This document shows positions 56,854 through 64,000 of a stretch of DNA of 64,000 bases, piece by piece. The DNA is from Cyanophora paradoxa CCMP329 (Eukaryota; Plantae; Glaucophyta): the NCBI GenBank assembly GCA_004431415.1, contig QPMI01000416.1, positions 558,001-622,000 of the forward strand, given 5' to 3'. The notes under the pieces are model-generated. The model was not told where the DNA came from. It worked only from the letters and a program-made list of their open reading frames with translations, and made no database searches. Positions within the stretch are counted from its first letter, which is position 1. Every line of letters begins with the position of its first letter. The translations under genes were made by a program, and so were the position numbers.

Positions 56854-59800
56854 CACGCAGCTTCGTGCTGCGGGGCTGACCGATGGAGGGGGCGGGGGGA
56901 TGGGAGATGCTATGGTATAGCGGGTGGGGCGGGGCCGGGCGGGGCGGGGGGAAGCGGGGCCGGCGGGGCGGGGGAAAGCGGGGCCGGAGGAAGGGAGGGG
57001 GCGGGGCGGGGAAGCGGGGCGCGTCGGGCCGGGTCTGCGAAGAGCCTTGGAGGGAGGGGCCCGGGGGGCGGGGCGGGTCTGAGAAGAGCCCAGGAGGGAG
57101 GGGCCCGGGGGGCGGGCCGGGTCTGGGGGCGGGACCGGGGGAGGGTCTGGGGGAGGGGGAGGAGGAGGGGGGCGGGAAGGGGGATGGGGAAGAGAGAGGG
57201 GGCCGGGGCGGGTCTGGCCATGGGGGAGGGGCCGGAGGAGGCCCCGAGGAAGAGGGGGCGGGAGGCCCCGCCCCGGGCGAGGGCGGAGGCACCGGCCGCC
57301 GCGGGTCGCCGTCGCCGTCCGACGGCTGCCGCTGCGATCGCAGCGCGCCCCTCTGATCTGATCTGAGGCTCTGAGGCTCAGGCGCCGACACGGCGGAAGG
57401 CGGGCGCGAGGAGCGCACCGGAGAGGCTCCCCAGCGCCGCGGGCGCTGGAGACCGGTGCTGCAAGCGCCGGTGCAGGCGCAGAGACCGCTAAGGGCATGT
57501 GAGAGGCAAGGGTCGTCGGGCGGCCGCCGCTGAGGCAGCGGGATCAGCGCCCGAAGCTCAGCCTCGGAGGGCAGAGGCGGCGCCGGCGCCGGCGCGCGCA
57601 CAGCACGAATCGGTCTTCGCCTTGACGCCTCGCCCTAGGCCTGCCTCGAGGAGCCGGCGCCGGCACCGGCCTTGGCGCCCGCTGCCGCGCTGCGCGGAGG
57701 CGGGAGGTCAGCACACGCCGTGCGCAGGCGGCCCCGCGCCCCGCGAACGAACCAGGAGGAGCGGAAGTGCTGCCCCGCCGCGGCGCCCCGGCGACGGAGG
57801 GCGCCCCGGCGACGGAGGGCCGCCTCTCTGCTACGGCTCCGCCGGACGCGGCGGCTCGCGGGCGGCCGCGGGCCCCGAGAAGGGCGCGCGCTGCGGCCGG
57901 CGTTCAGCGCGTCGGGCCACCGGCCGCCTCTCCACCGCGGCTCCCCGCCGCAGCGACCCTCGACGTCTGCCGCCGCCGCCTTGCTTGCCCGAAGACTCCG
58001 GTGGCGACCACACCGCGGGCAGCTGCGAGCCACGGACGCCGCGCAGAGCTCCAAGCGGTGGGGCTGGGGCGCGTGTGGCCCCCGCCGAGTCCGCTCGCTC
58101 GCTGTTCGGAGGAGCGCCGTCGCCGCCGGGCGGCTGCAGAAGGGCGTGCATGCGCAGCTGCAGCTGACGCCCGCCTGACGGCCCTGCCCGCGGCGCAAGC
58201 GACCATCGATGCTCTTTGCCGGATACTTGCCTGCGTGAAGACCGCTGTCGCTCGTGAGCCGCGCGCCCGCCCCACGCCATATGCATCCTAGGCCTGCACA
58301 ACGTCACAAGCTGCAGGGCTGCAGGCACGGGAAGCGAGATGGGCGTGTTAGCTGCCGATAGCGCACACGTAACTGGGCACCGCGACGAAGCGCGCCGGTG
58401 TCTCGAAGTCCCGAAGCGTAGGCCGCGCGCGAGCGGGATCTGCGCGGCTGAACCCTGCAAGCTTCTCATGATCAGAGGCTCGTGGAAAGCTGGTCGCAAC
58501 AGCCGCGTCGAGCGCTGAGTCTGCGCCACTACACGTCATCGAGAACTCCGGCAACGAGCACGAGCTTTCCGCACCGCGGGAAGCTCGCCTCCCGAGCCTA
58601 CTGGTACCAAATCGAGCGCATCTTGCAGGCGCAGACAGCTGCAGGCAAGATCGAGAAGGCGCGCGCCTCCAATGCATGGGTGTACCCCCCTGCCAGAGGC
58701 AAATTTCCTCTGATCCAGAGGAAATTTTCCTCTGGGTCCGGACGCCGTACCCCCCTCCAGAGGCAAATTTCCTCTGGCGGCGCGCCGGCGCACAGAAAAA
58801 TCTCCTCTGGGCGATCCGGCATGCATGCTCTCGTAGTACACGCGGCACTAGCTCGCGTGCGACGCTCGCCGCCTTCGGGGAGTGCTGCTGGAGCATCGCA
58901 GACGGTCGCGTTTGGCCGCGTGAACGAACGTGAGCGGCCTGCCGCAGCAAAGCAGTCGCTCGATGAATCCGCGTGGCGACCTCGCGCTCGCGGGGCGCGC
59001 CGGGGCGCCGCGGCCGCGGCCGGCCCGGCCGCGCGCGGGACCGGCCGTCTGCGGGGCCGCGGAGTGCAGCGGGAATCCAGTTCGGCTCCTTCGGCCTTCG
59101 CCAAGCTTTCAGCTATCGCGGGGAGCGCCTTGCGATCGGTGCGGCACGCAACGTCCGCTTTTCCTCTTGCAAGGCATCTGGGCTTACACGAGCGCCCGCA
59201 GAACGAGACGCGCGCTGCGGGCGGGCTCGAGGGTGCAACGCTACCGCCGATTGGCGCTTCTCTCAATCTGGGCTGCGAAAAGCCAAGCCGCGCGCCTCCG
59301 AACTCTGACTCAGTGACTTGGCCACGGGTGCAGCTCGAAGGCGCGCGCACGCGTCGGAACAGCAGAAGCGGCGCAGCGGGCCCGCGGCCCGCAGCTTCTC
59401 GGGCGCCCGGGCCCGTGCATTACGACTCGCACCTGATCATGAGGTCATGGCCAGGAGCTCGCCGATCGAGAGAGATCCGGTGCGGCCGCTCGCCCCGCAC
59501 GTTCCCCGCCCGATCGTCCCGCCGATGCCGCCCGCGCAGCTAGCGGGGCCACACTGTAAGACGCGCTTCGCCGCATGCCTCCCCCTCGAGCTCCGCGTAC
59601 GGATTCCGGCCTACAGCACTTCGAGATCCGTCCGCAGGCGCGCGGGGCCTCAGGTGCAGCACGGCGCCTTGAAGCTTGCTTCTCGTTCTTTCTTGAAGCT
59701 AGCGGGGCCGCACTGGATGAGCGGGCGGCGCTGCAGCAGCGGGTGCGCTTGGCCCGGGTGCTCCCCCGGCCTCTTGCCAGCCCGGCCCACGCTGATGCGG

Positions 59801-60620
59801 CGCTCCCCGCAGGCAGAGAAGAGCGCGGAGGAGGCCGCTGTGACCAGGGCGGGGCTGCGGAGGACGAAGCCGAGAGGGCCCCGCTCCGGCGCCTCGCGCC
59901 CCCCGGGGCCCGCCCCGCCCCGCGCCTCGCGGCGCTGCCGCCAAGCTCGAGGCCGGGCGGCAGCGCGGAGGAGGCTGCTGATGCGAACTGGCCGCCGCCA
60001 CCGCCGCCGTCGCCGCGTCTGCCACCGCCGCTCCGCTCGGCTCGGCATCGGATCCGGAGGCCGCCGCCCGGCCCGCCCCGAGAGCCCCAGGCCGAAGCCC
60101 GGCGGGGGGGCCGCGGGGAGCGCAGCTGTGCTCCCCTTCCTGGCCCGCATCTCTCCGCAGGCGCACTACCAGCCTGCGTCGACGGGCGGCGCCGCGGCGG
60201 GCGGCGCCGGCCGCGGTCTTGCGAGTCCGAAGCCCAGGCTCGCCGCCCGCGGCCCCGCTTTGCGACGCCGGCGCCCGGCCCGCCCGCCGGCTCCGCACCT
60301 ACCACGCCCCCTCCTCCTCATCAGTGTACATGTCCCCCGCGCGGCCTCCCCGCGCCCCCCGGCTCCGCCCCGTCCATCGCGCCTCGCGCCGCGGGGCGCA
60401 GGGGCACCACACCGCCCCGGCCCCGCCGTCGACGTCGACGTCCATCCGCGAGGAGGGCCCCCCCACTCGGCGTCTCGCCCCCCTGCCCCCTTCCCCGGGC
60501 CCTCGTTCCCTCGCGCTGCCCCGCTCCGTACTGCTGCACCGGCCCGCCCCCTCCCTTCCCCCGGCCCGGCCCCGCTTTCCCCCGCCCCGCTCGGCGCCGC
60601 CGACTCTCGGCGAGCCGCCC
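56854..60620 (+). repeat. Modular GC-rich repeat, copy E (longest copy, imperfect inverted ends)
   Basis: Matches D for about 2.8 kb, then the B/C module at 59735-60480. GGGGCGGGGGAAAGCGGGGCC near 56965 is inverted to GGCCCCGCTTTCCCCCGCCCC near 60568. Confidence 0.85.
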
Positions 60621-61161
60621 CGCCCCCATTTATACATGTCCATGCAAATGCATATACTATATATGATACTATGATATGGTGGCCGCCGGCCGCGGCCCCG
60701 ATCTGGCCTCCCCGGGCCGTGTACATGTGTATATATACCCCCAGTCCTATAGCTAGGCCTCCTCCGAGGCTCCGATGCTCGAGCGCTGAGCTCCTCGATC
60801 GCGCGCCCGCCCCTATATATACTATGATAGCTACAGCTATAGCTCTATAGCTAGCGCTAGGCCTCGGTCGTTGTATCATGATTGATCATGATCAGGATCA
60901 CCCCACGTGCACCCATGGCCAGGGATTCGGACGAGTCTGAATCTCCGAGGCTCGCATATATATCTAGATTTGCAGGCTCGAGCTTCGCTAGCGCTGCAGG
61001 GTTTCGTTTCAATTTTCTTCTTCAAGTCGCTTGGGCCCATATCTAGCTAGAGGGCGCCTGTAGCCATGGCCAGTTGGTACAGCCCGCGCTTATGGCGTCC
61101 GCGCCCTATCTCTGCTGTCTCCCTCTACCGGCCGGGCGCCGCTCAGTCGCTCCGGCTTGCC

Positions 61162-62930
61162 TCAGGGCCTCCGCGGCCGCGCCCAGAGCGGCCTAGGGGC
61201 AGAGGGCCCATAAGCCCTGTCCCAGCTGTCCAGGCTGTCGACGTCATCGTTCTCTTCTTCCTCGTCTTCTTCCTCGTCCCCGTCCTCGCCGTCGTCCTTC
61301 TCTTCGTCTTCGTCCTCGTCATCCTCGTCGTCGTCCTCGTCAACGATGCACGTGCGGACGAGCTCGACGGTCGCCGCCGGCAGCATCTCCTGCAGGCCGC
61401 CCGGGGTCAGGGCCGCCCCGGGCGGGGCTCTACACTGACGTAGTCACGCGCCTCGAGCACCCAGACGAGCAGCTCCCCGCTGAGCTGCGGGGCAGCTAGG
61501 CTCAGCTTCGAGTCCAGTGTACCCGGCAGGGCGCGCACCTGCTCGCCGCACCCAAGGCGGAGTTGAGGAGGGCGGGGCTCCACGGGAGGGGCGAGTCGAG
61601 CTTCAGCCGCCGCAGCAATCGCGCGTCGGTCCCAAGCCGCTGATGAAGGGCGCGAGGTGCGCGGCGGGCGGGAGGGACGCGGGCGCGGGGACCGGGCCGG
61701 ACCTGGATGAGGTTCGCGGGAAGCATCTCATCCTTGTCGGGGTAGCACGCGAGCTGCAGCACCTCTGCTGAGCGGAAGTTGAGAAGGAGGGAGGGGAGGG
61801 GGAGGGGGCTGGGGTGAGGGGGGGGGAGGGAGGGAGGGGGGACTACCAGGACAGGGGCCCGGCCGCGAGCTGCTCGAGGCACGGAGAGGGTGCACTCAGG
61901 TCGAGCGCCTGCGAAGGGCGCAGATCAGGTGGGGGGGAAGAAAGTACGTCGGGCAAGCGTGGGCCTGCAGGCGGGAGAGGCGGCGGAGGACAGAGCAGAG
62001 AGCAGCAGGGTCGGGCGCGTTCTGCGGGGTACACGGTTTTAGGACGGGGCGAGGAAAGGGGGGTACACCGGTGGTCGGCGGGCCTGGGCGAGTTTGAGGG
62101 AGCGGAGGGTGGGGGCGAGGGCGGCCAGAGGTGCGATGCCCGTCCCGTCCCCCACGTTCAGCGCCAGATGCTGGGGGGTACGTGATCATCATGGGGAGGA
62201 GCGAGCCGGGCGGGCGCGTGCAGGCCTCGAGGCGGGTGAGGGGGGAGAGGAATCCGATCCACTCGAAGGCGCCCCCAACCTCCAGCGCTGCCGAGCGAAG
62301 CGAAGGGGTCAAGCTCGCGCCGGGGGTCGCCCGCCCACACGCGGGGCGCACTTTGCAAGGACGTGAGGCGCGCGAGGGGCGCGGCGTCGTCGCGTTTCAC
62401 CCGCGGCCAGTGCTTCGCGGGGCTGCGAGGCAGTGCCCGTTAGGGTCCGGGATGGGGGCGGGAGTCGGGGGCGTACCCGAACCGCAAAGAACGCCAGAAC
62501 TCGACCTGAAGCCGCACGAGGGCAGTATGCCTGCTCGCGTCCGCCCGGCATGAGCATGGTGCGATCGAACTACTTGAACGCGAATGCAGCACACCTGCAA
62601 GCGTCGAACTCCGCGCCGCGCCGCATCGGGCGCCCGCAGCAGCGCCTCCAGGTCGGCTGGCATCATTGATTCGAAGGGCTTATGTAGCGCGACCCGATCC
62701 CACGCGCTGGGGTCCTCGCACAGAGAGCGGAACCGACGAAAAGGGGTCGGGTCGAGCGTCGGGAGCGTTCTCGCGGGGATTCAGCTGCGACGTCGACAGG
62801 CCTAGGCCAGCGCAGGCAGGCTGGCGCGGCCAATCCCGCCGCGCGGCCAGCACGAGAATGCGAACAAGGAGCTCGTCGGGGAGCGCGTCGATCGGGCAGC
62901 TCTCTCCCGCAGCGCCATCGGGCCGGGCGA
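61162..62930 (-). pseudogene. F-box protein with LRR-like segments and an acidic tail, apparently frameshifted
   Basis: IDALPDELLVRIL and RRFRSLCEDPSAWDRV lie in different frames; no in-frame ATG directly upstream; FLSPLTRLE and LRRLKLD segments; D/E tract at 61250-61345. Confidence 0.5.
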
Positions 62931-64000
62931 GTAAGCTGGAGCTGCTGCTCTCTGCTGCATCGCCGTCACGCGTACGTCGCTCTTGGTTTCATCTCGCACA
63001 AATTCAGCTCAGTCGGCCGAGTCGCGATGTCGATCAAATTTCACCCGAGATTGGCCGTACCCCATCTGACGGGGATTGGAGCGGAAGGGGTTACAAGTTC
63101 GAATTGATCGGCCTGCCTCCGATCGGTTCACGTTCGCGCTCGTACTTGTCTCGCAGTGCTTGCCCCGGCTCATTCCAGCCGATCCGAGCGCCCGCTGCCT
63201 TGCTCGTCCGGATAAGCTTAAGGATCAGCAGCAAACTCTTTGCTGGCGGCCCCCGGCGTCCGGTTTGAAGCGTACGCCTTCCTCGGCGCAGTACAGCATC
63301 AAAGCGCCGGCTTGAATAAAGCCCCGTTTACGTGTCAACCCGACCTGATTTGAGCCCGATTCGGCCAGGTCCGCCCCGTCCCAGCGATCTGTCGACACTC
63401 CTCTCGCTCTTAGGAGCACAGTGAACCGTGGGAAACGCTCACGATCGCGCCTCGCAGGATTCAGGCGGCCAGCATGACCACGCTCGGGTCCGGCATCTGG
63501 GGCGTCGTCGCCGTGGCCACGCTCGTCAACCCGCACGCCCGCGGCGCGCTCGTGTCGGCCTTCGAGAACTTAAAGGGCTCACAGCACGTGCAACCGGAGC
63601 GCGGACAGCACTCGGGGCAGGCGCTGGCGGCGCCGCCGCCGCGGGCTCGCCCCCCAGTGCCGGCGCCGGCGCTCGCGGCCCCGGGGTCCCTTATCGCCCC
63701 GGAGCGCAAGCGCGGCTCGGCCTCGGGCGAAGCCTCTTAGCGAGGCACCGGCGCCGCTGCAATGCTTCGGGCTCCGCGCAGGGCCCGGGCCCCCTAAGCG
63801 GAGCCGGCTCCTCCGTCGTCCTCTGCTCAGCGGCTGTAGCATAGTATGATAGTGGCCGTGGTCGTACTACGTGGCCGGCGGCTCGGGGTTCTAGGCTAGA
63901 TCGTCGATTTCGGCTCGACTTAATTTGCGGTCGTGGCTGCTCAGCGGCTCAGCAGCTCGTCGGCTCGCTTGCTTTGGCGTGTACAGAATTCGAAGAGGCT

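Noticed and set aside
59318-60850. 510-aa ORF
   Set aside because: Lies within repeat copy E, is composition-driven, and is not preserved in the homologous copies.
63060-63845. Short ORFs near the right edge
   Set aside because: No recognisable motif or consistent splice structure.
1-64000. tRNA, rRNA or prokaryotic operon and defence systems
   Set aside because: None recognised by eye; the genes are intron-containing eukaryotic genes. A covariance-model scan was not possible.

Overview
This is eukaryotic nuclear DNA: GC-rich, with many short (about 55-150 nt) spliceosomal introns, so most ORFs in the six-frame track are spurious or single exons. The style suggests an alga or protist such as a glaucophyte, but that is inference only. 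Genes reconstructed by hand-splicing: two head-to-head SDR paralogues sharing a 2.27-kb palindrome, two tandem GPC1/DUF2838 glycerophosphocholine acyltransferase genes plus a decayed third SDR, a pterin-4a-carbinolamine dehydratase-like gene, glycosylasparaginase, an ALF4/glomulin-like gene, a LamG-type secreted protein, RAD51C, a two-domain class III nucleotide cyclase with swapped catalytic-domain order, a damaged F-box gene and two orphan genes. Between them are TA-flanked MITEs, a nested poly(A) retroposon, minisatellites and a modular GC-rich repeat family, two copies of which end in T-shaped hairpins. The strongest unexplained signal comes from comparing duplicated segments. A 3-mer X is repeatedly replaced by X-rc(X)-X (+6 nt) or X-C-rc(X)-G-X (+8 nt). 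This is the product expected from hairpin-mediated excision of a transposon with a 3-bp target duplication and C...G ends, and it would explain the palindrome-saturated intergenic DNA. Exon boundaries were read by eye and no database searches were run.
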